Notes: generated by a model from the letters alone, not told the origin. Shown: positions 31,325 through 41,254, counted from the first letter of the whole stretch. The stretch is DNA of 63,973 nucleotides, filler included, from Acetivibrio sp. (GCF_035371925.1; 7 parts of 7 records of this genome joined end to end with filler, not necessarily neighbours in it), one strand, 5' to 3'. Numbers and translations are program-made.

Positions 31325-31443
31325 AAAAGAAGATGCCAGGCTGNNNNNNNNNNNNNNNNNNNNNNNNNNNNNNNNNNNNNNNNNNNNTTAATTAATTAAN
31401 NNNNNNNNNNNNNNNNNNNNNNNNNNNNNNNNNNNNNNNNNNN

Positions 31444-31495
31444 GATCTAACTTAGAAAAGCTAAAAAAATTGTCTTGACGATGGGGAGCATTATA
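31444..31495. mobile_element. End of a multicopy element (IS-like), copy 3
   Basis: GATCTAACTTAGAAAAGCTAAAAAAATTGTCTTGACGATGGGGAGCATTATA; a slightly diverged copy of the 21069 repeat. Confidence 0.7.
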
Positions 31496-31861
31496 TTCTG
31501 TTGTTGCCTATGGTGATGTAGTAAAAATATTTGGTGTGCCAGAAAGTGTAATTGCAGTTACTGGAATTTCAACAAATCATACTTTGAGTGCTGATATTAT
31601 ACTTAATAGTAAGAAAAATGGTATTTTTTGGGTCGTTCGTCTGATGCTTTTGATTATCAGGGGATTCTAACGCATGAATTTGGTCATTTGACAGGTTTAG
31701 CTGATAATTTTGTTCTGGATTTTACTAAGGAAGTTCAAACAATGTATGGTTACGCTAGTCCAACATCAAAGGTTGTAAATGGGGTATATTATATAGAATC
31801 ATATCAATTAAGGAGCATTGAAGCAGATGATATTGCTGGAAAAAATGCTTTGTGGAATTAA
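31496..31861 (+). pseudogene. Matrixin-like zinc metalloprotease remnant (5' truncated, frameshifted)
   Basis: 'ADIILN' in one frame, a shift near 31615-31628, then 'THEFGHLTGL' (HExxH), 'TMYGY' Met-turn and 'DDIAG'. Confidence 0.7.
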
Positions 31862-31888
31862 AGTTTTATTCGAAAGAAGGAAAAGAAT

Positions 31889-32492
31889 ATGAAAAGAAAG
31901 TTAAAAATTGGTATACTGCTTATTGTGATTGTTTCAATAGGTTGCATAGTTTTTGGGGCTTCCTTTATAAAAAATAATGAAGAGGAAAAAGAAGGAGACG
32001 TGCTGTTAAGTCTTGAGGAATATGAAAAAGAATATGGTAAGAGTGATGTCGTTTTACGTTTCTTATAAGAAGGCGAATTAACTTCTGAACATCTTTTTGG
32101 AGAAGGAAGCTTGATTGTAAAGGGTAAATTAAAAGGTATAAAGGGAGTTGCTTTTACAATTGGTGAAGCTCCGTGTATGGTATATAAACTTGAAGTTACT
32201 GATACGATAGTTAATAGCACAGGAAAAGAGCGTAAAGTAGTTAATTTCTTTATTCCTGAAATGGTAATTCCTCATGTGGAAGACAAATTGCAGACGGAAC
32301 AAGAATCGGTCTTTTATTTGACACTCTATGATGAGACATTTCCTCATTTAAAGTATTACCAGGGGAATAGAAAACTTTAGTGAGAACAGCGAAGGTAAAG
32401 AAAAGTATAAACAGTTGAAAAAAGATTTAACAGAGAGAAAAAAAGACTTTGATAATGAGAAGAAAAAGAATAAGAATAAAAAGAGCCGGTAA
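31889..32492 (+). pseudogene. Membrane-anchored or secreted protein pseudogene
   Basis: ATG 31889 with an N-terminal TM, an in-frame TAA at 32066 (same frame as ORF 32111), then a frameshift near 32350-32380 into a Lys-rich tail ending at 32492. Confidence 0.7.
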
Positions 32493-32499
32493 TAGAAGT

Positions 32500-32554
32500 A
32501 AAAAAGCTCCTGCTTCCGGGTAAAAACAATAATCCGGGATAAGGGGCTTTTTTT
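32500..32554. terminator. Bidirectional terminator
   Basis: AAAAAAGCTCC...GGGGCTTTTTTT between convergent genes. Confidence 0.65.
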
Positions 32555-32560
32555 ACAAAG

Positions 32561-33178
32561 CTATATCATTCTTGCCACAACCCTTAGGATTGAACTGTCC
32601 GCCTTTATATTAAGAGGAAGGGCTATAACTTCAAATTTTTCAGCATCAAGAAGCTTTTCGAGGTTTGTGAGATTCTCAAGGATGAAAATTTTGTTTTTAA
32701 GAAGCAGTCTGTGAACCGAAAAAGGCGGTTTGTCGGGAGAAGGAGTATCCATTCCGAGGATTTTGATTTTTCTTTCCACCATAAATTCTGCAAATTCCAT
32801 ATCAACAACAGGGTGACAATTGAAATACTCCTCCGTGCCGAATTTACGGCAAAGCCCGGTATAGAGCAGAAGGATACAGCCATTAGTTATTATATCTTTG
32901 AACTCTTTTTTTAGTTTGATTACCGGCTCATTTCTCACGTCGATTATACATCCCTCGCCGATAAAAGATTCTAAAGGGTAGTCGCAAATATATTCCTTTG
33001 AATCGATAAGGTGCATGGGAGAGTCAATATGGGTGCCGGAGTGCATATCTATATGTAGCCTGTGATTGGTGTAGCTGTTCTCTTTAAGTTTTCGTGTATT
33101 AACAAGCCTTGTTTCTTCATCCCCGGGATATGCCGGAAGACAGTCTATTATTTTATGGCTAAGATCAATAAACTTCAT
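32561..33178 (-). CDS. Cyclase-family metal-dependent hydrolase (kynurenine formamidase-like)
   Basis: 'HSGTHIDSPMH' (HxGTHxDxPxH), 'GMDTPSPD', 'ILENLTNL'. Confidence 0.92.
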   Translation of the reverse strand: MKFIDLSHKIIDCLPAYPGDEETRLVNTRKLKENSYTNHRLHIDMHSGTHIDSPMHLIDSKEYICDYPLESFIGEGCIIDVRNEPVIKLKKEFKDIITNGCILLLYTGLCRKFGTEEYFNCHPVVDMEFAEFMVERKIKILGMDTPSPDKPPFSVHRLLLKNKIFILENLTNLEKLLDAEKFEVIALPLNIKADSSILRVVARMI

Positions 33179-33318
33179 GAGCCCATCTCCTCTGTGCAAT
33201 CAGTATTTACAAATATAAAACTTGTGAGAGATTTTTCTATTTTCAGTATAACACAATTTTTGCCTTCTTTATTTATTTTTTAACCCATGCTAAAATAAGT
33301 AATTGAAATCGGGAGAAA

Positions 33319-35454
33319 GTGAAGAGTGAGTTTATGAACCATGAAGACTTTTTCAGGCTTTTGGCTGACAAATATAATATAAATCTTAATCCTCAACAAA
33401 AAGAGGCTGTTTTGCGGGTTCACGGGCCTTCTCTGCTGCTTTCTGTGCCGGGAGGGGGAAAAACCACTGTAATTGTGTCCAGGTGTGCCAATATGGTTCT
33501 AAATCATAAAATTGACCCCGGCAAAATACTGACGCTGACATTCAGCAAAGCGTCGGCCCAAGATATGAAAAACCGGTTTTGCGATATTTTCGGCAAAGAA
33601 TTGGCATCCAGCATGACATTTTCAACAATTCACAGCTTTTGCTATAGGGTTGTACGCTTCTATACCGAAAGCAAAAACAAGCCAATGCCCCAAATTATAG
33701 AAGGCAATGAAAGCCCGGTTAATAAAAATCAAATACTAAAGAAGATTTATATGGATATCAACAATGAATATATAAGCGATGACAGGCTTGAGGACTTGTC
33801 CAACTCCATCAGCTTTGTCAAAAATATGCTGTACACTGAGGATGATATAAGGGAATTGGATGTCGGAATCAAAAATTTCGTTGATATTTATAATGCATAT
33901 GAAAAGCGTAAGAAAAATGAAGGCTGTATAGATTATGACGACATGCTTACCGGCACTTATCAGCTTCTTAAAAGAAATTCAGAGATTATTAATATGCTTA
34001 GAGAAAGCTACCATTATATTAATGTTGACGAGTCCCAAGACACATCTTTGGTACAGCATGAGATTATAAAGCTTGTTGCCTATCCGAGAAACAATATTTT
34101 CATGGTGGGGGATGAAGACCAGAGCATCTATGGGTTTAGGGCCGCTTTTCCCCAAGCACTTTTAGATTTTGGGAAGACCTATCCCGGTGCTAAAATTCTA
34201 TTGATGGAAAAAAACTATCGCTCCACCAAGAGTATTGTGATTCCGGCAAATATTTTTATAAAGCAGAACAAAGGGCGTTATCAAAAGAATATGTATACCG
34301 AGAATGATGAAGGCGAGGCTGTAGTATTCAAGCATGTAGAGAGCCGTAACGAACAGTATGCATATCTCACTTCGGTTTTGAAAAATAAGAGGAATTTATC
34401 GGAATGTGCCATACTTTACAGGAATAATATTTCTGCCATTCCGCTGGTGGATTTTCTGGAATACAATAACATACCTTTTTATATTAGAGATACCAATCTT
34501 CATTTTTTCAAGCATTGGGTTGTAAATGACATCCTTGCTTTTATCCGGCTTGCACTAAATCCCCGTGATATTGAAGCTTTCGGACAAATTTACTACAAAA
34601 CCAATGCGTTTATAAAACGTGAAATGTTTGAGTATGTTGTAGAGAACATGGGGAAGGGTAAAGGAGCCATTGAAACTTTGCTATATTACCCTGGTTTGTC
34701 TAAAGAGACTTATGAAGCAATAAAGTATTTGGCCGGTCAGATTGAAACCATTGATTATTTTAAACCTTTGAAGGCGATAGAGTTTATAGAGAAGGAATGC
34801 GAATATGAAAAGTATGTTCGCAGGGCGGCAAAGGAATTGGGATATTCCGTTGAAAGCCTTAATTATATTATTGACAGTCTCAAGTCAATAGCTTCAAGGG
34901 TTGATACCTTCGATGAGTTTTTTGAAAGACTATCGGTACTAAAATCCGCGGTGGAAAATTCAAGCAAAAACAGAAATAAAAATGCAGTGGTTTTGACGAC
35001 TATACATTCCAGTAAAGGTCTCGAGTTTGACAGGGTATATATGATTGACCTGGTGGACGGGCAATTTCCGTCATCAAAGAGCATAAGCGATTTAAAGGAA
35101 GGAAATTGCGCATTAATGGAGGAAGAAGTCCGGCTTTTCTATGTGGGTGTGACCAGAGCAAGAAAATACCTTGAACTTATAACTTTTTCAAAGGCAAATA
35201 ACAAGCAGGTTTCAGTATCTAGATTTGTTAATCGTTTTAATATAGCCCAAAGACAAGCTCAAAGTAGAGCTTTACCCAATGAGATTTGCGAAGGGGCAGT
35301 ATTGGAACATGTGGTATTTGGACAAGGATTGGTGATAAGGCTTGATGAAGCTAAAGATTTAATTGTAATTGAATTTGAAAGCGTGGGAACTAAAATGCTT
35401 TCGTTAAAAACGTGTATTGAGGGGAAAAAGATACAGCCTGCAAAGATTTCTTGA
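33319..35454 (+). CDS. UvrD/PcrA-family ATP-dependent DNA helicase
   Basis: 'PGGGKTT', 'VDESQD', 'VGDEDQSIYGFR', 'NYRST', 'TIHSSKGLEF', 'EEVRLFYVGVTRA'. Confidence 0.95.
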   Translation: MKSEFMNHEDFFRLLADKYNINLNPQQKEAVLRVHGPSLLLSVPGGGKTTVIVSRCANMVLNHKIDPGKILTLTFSKASAQDMKNRFCDIFGKELASSMTFSTIHSFCYRVVRFYTESKNKPMPQIIEGNESPVNKNQILKKIYMDINNEYISDDRLEDLSNSISFVKNMLYTEDDIRELDVGIKNFVDIYNAYEKRKKNEGCIDYDDMLTGTYQLLKRNSEIINMLRESYHYINVDESQDTSLVQHEIIKLVAYPRNNIFMVGDEDQSIYGFRAAFPQALLDFGKTYPGAKILLMEKNYRSTKSIVIPANIFIKQNKGRYQKNMYTENDEGEAVVFKHVESRNEQYAYLTSVLKNKRNLSECAILYRNNISAIPLVDFLEYNNIPFYIRDTNLHFFKHWVVNDILAFIRLALNPRDIEAFGQIYYKTNAFIKREMFEYVVENMGKGKGAIETLLYYPGLSKETYEAIKYLAGQIETIDYFKPLKAIEFIEKECEYEKYVRRAAKELGYSVESLNYIIDSLKSIASRVDTFDEFFERLSVLKSAVENSSKNRNKNAVVLTTIHSSKGLEFDRVYMIDLVDGQFPSSKSISDLKEGNCALMEEEVRLFYVGVTRARKYLELITFSKANNKQVSVSRFVNRFNIAQRQAQSRALPNEICEGAVLEHVVFGQGLVIRLDEAKDLIVIEFESVGTKMLSLKTCIEGKKIQPAKIS

Positions 35455-35661
35455 TTATGCTTATATATGAAATGAAGTATTATTAATAATATAAATCGGA
35501 AACATACATACCTTCATAAATGCCTCTGTGGATACAATTTCATAAAATAAGTATTAGTGCATTTATTTATAGTACATATGTTTCCGAGTGTTATGCATTG
35601 AAGTTAGAGGGCATTTATTGAATCTGCCAACCCTTTTGACTGCCGGATTTGACTTTAATTG

Positions 35662-35778
35662 TTAGCAGCCATATTTGTCATAATCTTTTCCGTTGAAGAA
35701 CAGCAACAAGAAAAGAATTATGAAGAATAAGATTTCGCTGTTGTCATTGAAGAAATTCTTTTTAAAGATTCCTGACAT
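35662..35778 (-). CDS. Small 38-aa single-TM peptide, below the ORF-track cutoff
   Basis: GGAGGTG RBS 6 nt before the ATG. Translates as MSGIFKKNFFNDNSEILFFIILFLLLFFNGKDYDKYGC*. Confidence 0.75.
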   Translation of the reverse strand: MSGIFKKNFFNDNSEILFFIILFLLLFFNGKDYDKYGC

Positions 35779-35965
35779 TTTATTCACCTCCGCGAATATC
35801 AAGATACTATATTCTATTCAATTGGAGGTAAAGGGGTGCTTGTTAGAGAAAACCATTTTATATGTTAATTTACCGGGTAAAAATGGGGATTTCAAATGAC
35901 AGGTTCATTTTATTGAAGTTGAAGCTAAAGTGTATAAAATCAAAAAGGGAGAATAAAAGCTTTAC

Positions 35966-36000
35966 AAAATGAAAAGAAGAGGAACATTTTTCCTCTTCTT
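35966..36000 (-). terminator. Terminator after the tRNA
   Basis: AAGAAGAGGA-loop-TCCTCTTCTT followed by T-rich sequence on the minus strand. Confidence 0.75.
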
Positions 36001-36006
36001 CATTAA

Positions 36007-36089
36007 TGGTGCGGACGGTGGGACTTGAACCCACATGCTTTCGCATACGCCCCTCAAACGTACGTGTCTGCCAATTCCACCACGACCGC
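36007..36089 (-). tRNA. tRNA-Leu(GAG)
   Basis: GCGGTCG...D-arm GTGGAATTGGCAGACAC, anticodon arm TACGT-TTGAGGG-GCGTA, long variable arm, GGTTCAAGTCC, encoded CCA. Confidence 0.96.
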
Positions 36090-36114
36090 GCGTTATCTCG
36101 TTTCAGCATAATAA

Positions 36115-36143
36115 ATTATACTAGCATTCTACCTATATGTCAA
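36115..36143 (-). promoter_or_regulatory. Consensus sigma-A promoter of the tRNA-Leu gene
   Basis: TTGACA-17 nt-TATAAT on the minus strand. Confidence 0.88.
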
Positions 36144-36176
36144 TAGTTTTTTTAAATAAAATTTTTAATTTTTTGG

Positions 36177-36959
36177 TCAATATAAAGAAACTGTCCGTGT
36201 TTTTCCGTCCAAGCTTACTTTCATATTAAATGCTTCGGCTATGTATCTAACCGGTATATATGTTCTGTCGTTGATTATAACAGGAGTGGTATCCATTTTT
36301 CTCATGCTTTTATCAACGTAATAAGTATCGCTATTTATTGCAAAATTTATTGTAATACCGTCTTTTACAATTACAATTTCCTTTGTTTTATCCAGCCACT
36401 GAACGCTGGCGTTTATGGTTTCGCAAAAACTCCTCAGGGGAACCATAACTCTGCTGTTGTTATCTAAATAAGGCGGCACTTGTGAAAAATCAAAATACTT
36501 TTCTGCATATGTAACTTTTATATTGCTCAAATCATATATATTTTTTATCAAATTATGTATATCTTCTGCCTCATCCAAAATATATATAACGTTATTTACC
36601 GATATTCCGGAAGGGAAGGCATATTTTGCAAGTGGAGTGTTCATACCTGAAGCGAAAAAGGATACGGCATAACTCCATCCGCCGCTTTTTCTTTCATCAG
36701 TCTTTATTTTGTATGTTGCATTGCTGAAAGCTGTATAAATATCCTCGAGCAATTTGGAAGACTTTACTATAACAAATTCTCCGGTAGTACCGTTCCTAAT
36801 TTCAATATGATGAATATCTTCAAGAGCCATTTGGGTTATTTCATTAAATTGAATATTGCTTGTGCTTTTTATTTCCGATGCATTTGCAACTTGGATAAAT
36901 GCAGAGTTAAATAATGACAGTAAAATGGCAATTACAATACAAAAAGTTCTCATTTTCAT
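36177..36959 (-). CDS. Secreted protein with a C-terminal copper-amine-oxidase-N (stalk) domain
   Basis: Signal peptide; 'PYLDNNSRVMVPLR', 'PVIINDRTYIPVRYIAEAF'. Confidence 0.85.
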   Translation of the reverse strand: MKMRTFCIVIAILLSLFNSAFIQVANASEIKSTSNIQFNEITQMALEDIHHIEIRNGTTGEFVIVKSSKLLEDIYTAFSNATYKIKTDERKSGGWSYAVSFFASGMNTPLAKYAFPSGISVNNVIYILDEAEDIHNLIKNIYDLSNIKVTYAEKYFDFSQVPPYLDNNSRVMVPLRSFCETINASVQWLDKTKEIVIVKDGITINFAINSDTYYVDKSMRKMDTTPVIINDRTYIPVRYIAEAFNMKVSLDGKTRTVSLY

Positions 36960-37146
36960 TTTTATTTACACCACCTCTCATAATTTGATTTTATTACCTT
37001 ATTTTATTATAGCATGGTGCATTTGCCTTTACAAGCAGCGTAAGCTCCTTTGATAAAACCTTGTTTTTTGAATTTGTGATTGAAATAATAGGATACTATT
37101 GTTAGAATATACGAAGTGTTAGAAAGTAAAGAGTGGGTGAAAGCAG

Positions 37147-37677
37147 ATGGAAAAGGGTTTGATTCAGGTTTATACAGGAGACGGAAAAGGCAAGACCACG
37201 GCAGCAGTCGGACAGGGCATAAGGGCTCTTGGCAGAGGTTATACCGTATATATGGTGCAATTTTTGAAAAGTCAGGATACGGGGGAGCTAAAGGTTCTTG
37301 AGAAGCTGGAGCCCGGCTTTAAAGTATTTCGCTTCGAAAAAAAACACGGATTTATATTTAATATGAATGAAGAGGAAATCGCAGAGCTGAAAAATGATGT
37401 CAAAGCGGCGTTTGACTTTGTAAAGTCCGTACTTCAATACAATGAGTGCGATATATTGATACTGGATGAAATAATGGCGGTCATGGATAATGGGCTCATT
37501 GATGTCGACGATGTGGCAGATGTTTTAAAAAACAAGCCTTCTGGTGTTGAAATAATTTTGACCGGAAGGAATGCCCCGGACAAAATACTTGAGCTTGCCG
37601 ATTATGTGTCTTGCAATGTGTGCAAAAAGCATCCCTTTGAGAAAGGAATCGGAGCAAGAAAAGGGATAGAATATTAA
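37147..37677 (+). CDS. cobO: Cob(I)yrinic acid a,c-diamide adenosyltransferase (CobO/BtuR family)
   Basis: 'QVYTGDGKGKTTAA', 'VQFLKS', 'LDE', 'LTGRNAP', 'KHPF..G..AR.GIEY'. Confidence 0.93.
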   Translation: MEKGLIQVYTGDGKGKTTAAVGQGIRALGRGYTVYMVQFLKSQDTGELKVLEKLEPGFKVFRFEKKHGFIFNMNEEEIAELKNDVKAAFDFVKSVLQYNECDILILDEIMAVMDNGLIDVDDVADVLKNKPSGVEIILTGRNAPDKILELADYVSCNVCKKHPFEKGIGARKGIEY

Positions 37678-37705
37678 TTCGTTTTTAAATAGCTTGTTAT
37701 CGAAA

Positions 37706-37730
37706 TTTAAAGCGGGGAACAAATCCCCGC
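37706..37730 (-). terminator. Terminator at the end of the dap operon
   Basis: GCGGGG-loop-CCCCGC followed by TTT on the minus strand. Confidence 0.7.
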
Positions 37731-37754
37731 ACGTAGAAAATCTATGATTTTATG

Positions 37755-38210
37755 TCATTTTATCAGTGATGCAACCTTATAAGAGTCACATTCGGAAATC
37801 AGACATGCGACTTCCGATTCGGAAGAGGTAGCCAGCTTTATATCGATTCCTTCATCGGCAAGGGCACTGAAAAGATCTGCCGCAAAGCCCGAAGAATTTT
37901 TCTTTTCTTCGGAGGATACCGATACTTTTGTGCTGTAGGCATCCACTTCAATCAAAAGGTCTTTGGCGCGGCTTTTGTACCTGTTTATGGCGACCAATGC
38001 TCTAAAAAGATTTTCTGACGGAAGACAAAAAAATATGTTTACATGTCCTTTGTGTGGAGGAGTTTTAGTTATCATCTGTACATTGATATTTTCATCTGCT
38101 ATGGAAGTAAAAATATCACGAACAAGTCTTATGTCATTTGGGACATTGCGAATCGTCACAAGGGCCGTGTCATAAGACATATCAATATTTGCATCTACCT
38201 TTTTGGACAT
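37755..38210 (-). CDS. Stand-alone tandem ACT-domain protein (aspartokinase regulatory domain-like)
   Basis: 'DIFTSIADENINVQMIT' and 'DLFSALADEGIDIKLATSSESEVACLI' resemble the LysC ACT1/ACT2 repeats. No kinase domain. Confidence 0.82.
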   Translation of the reverse strand: MSKKVDANIDMSYDTALVTIRNVPNDIRLVRDIFTSIADENINVQMITKTPPHKGHVNIFFCLPSENLFRALVAINRYKSRAKDLLIEVDAYSTKVSVSSEEKKNSSGFAADLFSALADEGIDIKLATSSESEVACLISECDSYKVASLIK

Positions 38211-38232
38211 GCAAACACCTCCTGGCAGAATT

Positions 38233-38991
38233 TTATTTATTTTTGATAAGGTCATCCATATTGTACATACCCGGCTTTTTATCATGTAAAAACACTGCTG
38301 CGTTTAATGAACCTTCGGCAAATATGTATTTTGATGTGGCAGTGTGTTTTATCTCAATTATTTCATCATTGCCGGCAAAGATTACGGAATGCTCGCCAAC
38401 GATAGTACCGCCTCTTACCGCATGTATGCCTATTTCTTTTTTGTTTCTCTTTTTTCTTCTGGAATGTCTGTCATAAATATACTCATGTTCTTCGGCTAAA
38501 ACGGAGTTTATAGCATCGGCTATGACCAGTGCAGTTCCGCTGGGAGCGTCGATTTTCTGGTTGTGATGCTTTTCGATTATTTCTATGTCAAAATTGTTTT
38601 CAAGTACTTTTGCGGCTTTTTTAACCAAATCCAGCACGAGATTTACTCCTATCGACATATTGGCCGAGAAAAATATGGGTATGCTCTTTGATGCTTCCTG
38701 GAGCATTTTTATCTGGGAGTTGCTAAGACCGGTTGTTGCTATAACCGCCGGTATTTTTCTTGCAACCGCAAATTCAAGCAGACCTTGCAAAACAGAAGGA
38801 TGGGAAAAATCGATAATTACATCAATTTTAGCATCGCATTTATTTATATCGGTATAGACAGGGTAAGGATTCTGTATTGATGTATTTATATCCAACCCCG
38901 CGGCAATTTTCAAATTTTCCTTTTCAGATGCAAGCTTGCTGATTACTTGCCCCATCTTTCCGTTACATCCGCTTAATAATATGTTTATCAT
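38233..38991 (-). CDS. dapB: 4-hydroxy-tetrahydrodipicolinate reductase
   Basis: 'GCNGKMG', 'IIEKHHNQKIDAPSGTA', 'HAVRGGTIVGEH'. Confidence 0.97.
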   Translation of the reverse strand: MINILLSGCNGKMGQVISKLASEKENLKIAAGLDINTSIQNPYPVYTDINKCDAKIDVIIDFSHPSVLQGLLEFAVARKIPAVIATTGLSNSQIKMLQEASKSIPIFFSANMSIGVNLVLDLVKKAAKVLENNFDIEIIEKHHNQKIDAPSGTALVIADAINSVLAEEHEYIYDRHSRRKKRNKKEIGIHAVRGGTIVGEHSVIFAGNDEIIEIKHTATSKYIFAEGSLNAAVFLHDKKPGMYNMDDLIKNK

Positions 38992-39071
38992 TTGAATAGC
39001 ACATCCTTTTTGCATTAGTACATATAAAAAATTAAATCAAAGGCAAACGCCGTAATATGTACGGCGCAGCT

Positions 39072-39950
39072 TTAAATCAAGCCGTAATCCTTGAGAGTCT
39101 GTTTTAAAATATCCAAGTTCTTTTCACTCATATCGGTAAGAGGCAAACGGCACTTTCCGACTTCCATACCCATAAGATTCATTGCAGCTTTAACAGGGAT
39201 GGGGCTTACTTCGATGAACAATGCCTTGACGAGATTTAAGAGGTCCAGCTGTATTTTTCTGCTTTCTTCAATATTTCCGTCAAGGAAAGAGGCCACAAGT
39301 TCATGGGTTTTCTTTGGAATAATATTTGCCATTACCGAAATTACTCCCTTGCCTCCTAGAGCAAGAAGAGGTACTACCATATCGTCGTTTCCGGAGTACA
39401 CTGTAAAATCAGGAGGGCAAATGCTGATAATTTCACCAACCTGGTTTATGTTGCACTCCTTGATGGCAACTATGTTTTCTATTTCGGACAACTGTTTTAC
39501 AGTCTTCGGATCAATGTTAAGGCCTGTTCTTCCCGGTACGTTGTATAAAATCACGGGAATTTTGATGCTTTCGGCAATCAGCTTAAAATGCTCGTAAAGT
39601 CCCTTTTGGGTTGTCTTGTTGTAGTAAGGGGTTACACTTAATATTGCATCTGCACCTACTTCTTCGGCATATTTGCTAAGGCTGATTGCATGATGAGTGT
39701 CGTTGCTTCCCGTTCCCGCTATAACCGGAACTCTTTTATTTACTTTCTCCACAGCATATTTTATAACAGCTTTATGCTCTTCATCGGGCATTGTCGATGC
39801 TTCCCCAGTGGTACCGCAGATTATTATCGAATCGATACCCTCTTTTATTTGGAAGTCAATGAGTTCCCCCAACTTGTCAAAGTTAACGCCGTTTTCTGTA
39901 AAAGGTGTTATTATTGCTACTCCGGCACCGGTAAATATTGGTTTTCTCAT
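39072..39950 (-). CDS. dapA: 4-hydroxy-tetrahydrodipicolinate synthase
   Basis: 'GTTGE', 'TPYYNK', 'LYNVPGRTG', 'AIKEC'. Confidence 0.97.
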   Translation of the reverse strand: MRKPIFTGAGVAIITPFTENGVNFDKLGELIDFQIKEGIDSIIICGTTGEASTMPDEEHKAVIKYAVEKVNKRVPVIAGTGSNDTHHAISLSKYAEEVGADAILSVTPYYNKTTQKGLYEHFKLIAESIKIPVILYNVPGRTGLNIDPKTVKQLSEIENIVAIKECNINQVGEIISICPPDFTVYSGNDDMVVPLLALGGKGVISVMANIIPKKTHELVASFLDGNIEESRKIQLDLLNLVKALFIEVSPIPVKAAMNLMGMEVGKCRLPLTDMSEKNLDILKQTLKDYGLI

Positions 39951-40069
39951 AATCGACATCCTTTCACTTTTTTTAGTAGCGAATTTTACATGACAAAATT
40001 ATTATAACTAATTTATTATATTTAATAATGTTAAAAAAGTGCTCTTTATCCTAATAGGTCAAAGCATAA

Positions 40070-41068
40070 TTATTTATTCCACATTTTAATCAATTCCTGT
40101 GCGATCTGAACGGCATTTGTGGCAGCACCTTTTCTTATATTGTCCGCAACAACCCAGAGGTTTACACCGCTCTCAACACTTTCATCGCGACGGATTCTTC
40201 CTACAAAGGTTTCGTCTTTTCCGGTTGCATAAATGGGCATAGGATAAACATTGTTGGCAACATCGTCTTGGACAATAACACCGGGCGCATTTTTCAAAAC
40301 TTCTTTCAATTCATCAAGATCAAACTGTTTTTCAAACTCTACATTTATTGATTCGCTGTGACCGTTGAATACAGGTACTCTTACGGTTGTAGCAGTGATT
40401 CTAAGGCTGTTGTCTCCCAATATCTTTCTTGTCTCATCTATCATTTTTATTTCTTCCTTTGTATAGCCATTTGGAAGAAATACGTCAATATGAGGCAAGC
40501 AGTTGCCGGCAATCGGATGAGGGAACTTCTTTGGAGCTTCTCCCTTAATACCGTTTTCAAGGTCTTGGTATCCTTTCTGTCCTGCGCCGGATACGGCCTG
40601 ATATGTGGAATAAACAATTCTTTTTATTTTATATTTGTCATGTAAAGGCTTTAGCGCCACAACCGCCTGTATGGTGGAGCAGTTCGGATTGGCAATGATA
40701 CCGTTATGCCAGGAAATATCCTGGGGATTGACTTCCGGTACCACAAGGGGAACTTTTTCGTCCATTCTCCAGCAGCTGCTGTTGTCCACAACCACACAAC
40801 CTTTTGAAGCTGCTATGGGCGCAAATTTTTCACTGACACTTGCACCGGCCGAGAACAGCGCTATATCTATCCCTCTGTCAAAGGATGTTTCGGTAAGTTC
40901 CTCTACGACATATTCCTTGTTGTTGAAAGTTACAGTCGAACCAGCAGAGCGACTTGAGGAAAAGAAATATATGTTATCGATAGGTAAGTTTCTTTCTTTC
41001 AGTACTTTGATAAATGTTCTGCCGACCATTCCGGTAGCCCCGACTACTGCTAAATTAACCTTTTTCAT
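40070..41068 (-). CDS. asd: Aspartate-semialdehyde dehydrogenase
   Basis: 'GATGMVG', 'ANPNCST', 'STYQAVSGAG', 'DNIRKGAATNAVQI'. Confidence 0.98.
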   Translation of the reverse strand: MKKVNLAVVGATGMVGRTFIKVLKERNLPIDNIYFFSSSRSAGSTVTFNNKEYVVEELTETSFDRGIDIALFSAGASVSEKFAPIAASKGCVVVDNSSCWRMDEKVPLVVPEVNPQDISWHNGIIANPNCSTIQAVVALKPLHDKYKIKRIVYSTYQAVSGAGQKGYQDLENGIKGEAPKKFPHPIAGNCLPHIDVFLPNGYTKEEIKMIDETRKILGDNSLRITATTVRVPVFNGHSESINVEFEKQFDLDELKEVLKNAPGVIVQDDVANNVYPMPIYATGKDETFVGRIRRDESVESGVNLWVVADNIRKGAATNAVQIAQELIKMWNK

Positions 41069-41182
41069 AAAAATAACCTCCTAAATATATAATCCTAGTA
41101 TATAATATATTATAAATTTTATAAAGTACAGGGTTTTTGCTTGATAGCGGGATATGTCATCTGCATTGGCCTTAAGAACACT

Positions 41183-41206
41183 AAAAAAGCTGGTATGAGT
41201 ACCAGC
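41183..41206 (-). terminator. Riboswitch-controlled terminator in the asd leader
   Basis: GCTGGTA-CTCA-TACCAGC-TTTTTT on the minus strand. Confidence 0.82.
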
Positions 41207-41254
41207 AGTTCATCAAGATTTTAGTGTAATTTATACAACTAAAGCTTTTATGAA

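Noticed and set aside
36007..36959. tRNA-Leu as an integration site for an island
   Set aside because: No integrase or duplicated tRNA 3' end nearby. The tRNA has its own promoter and terminator.
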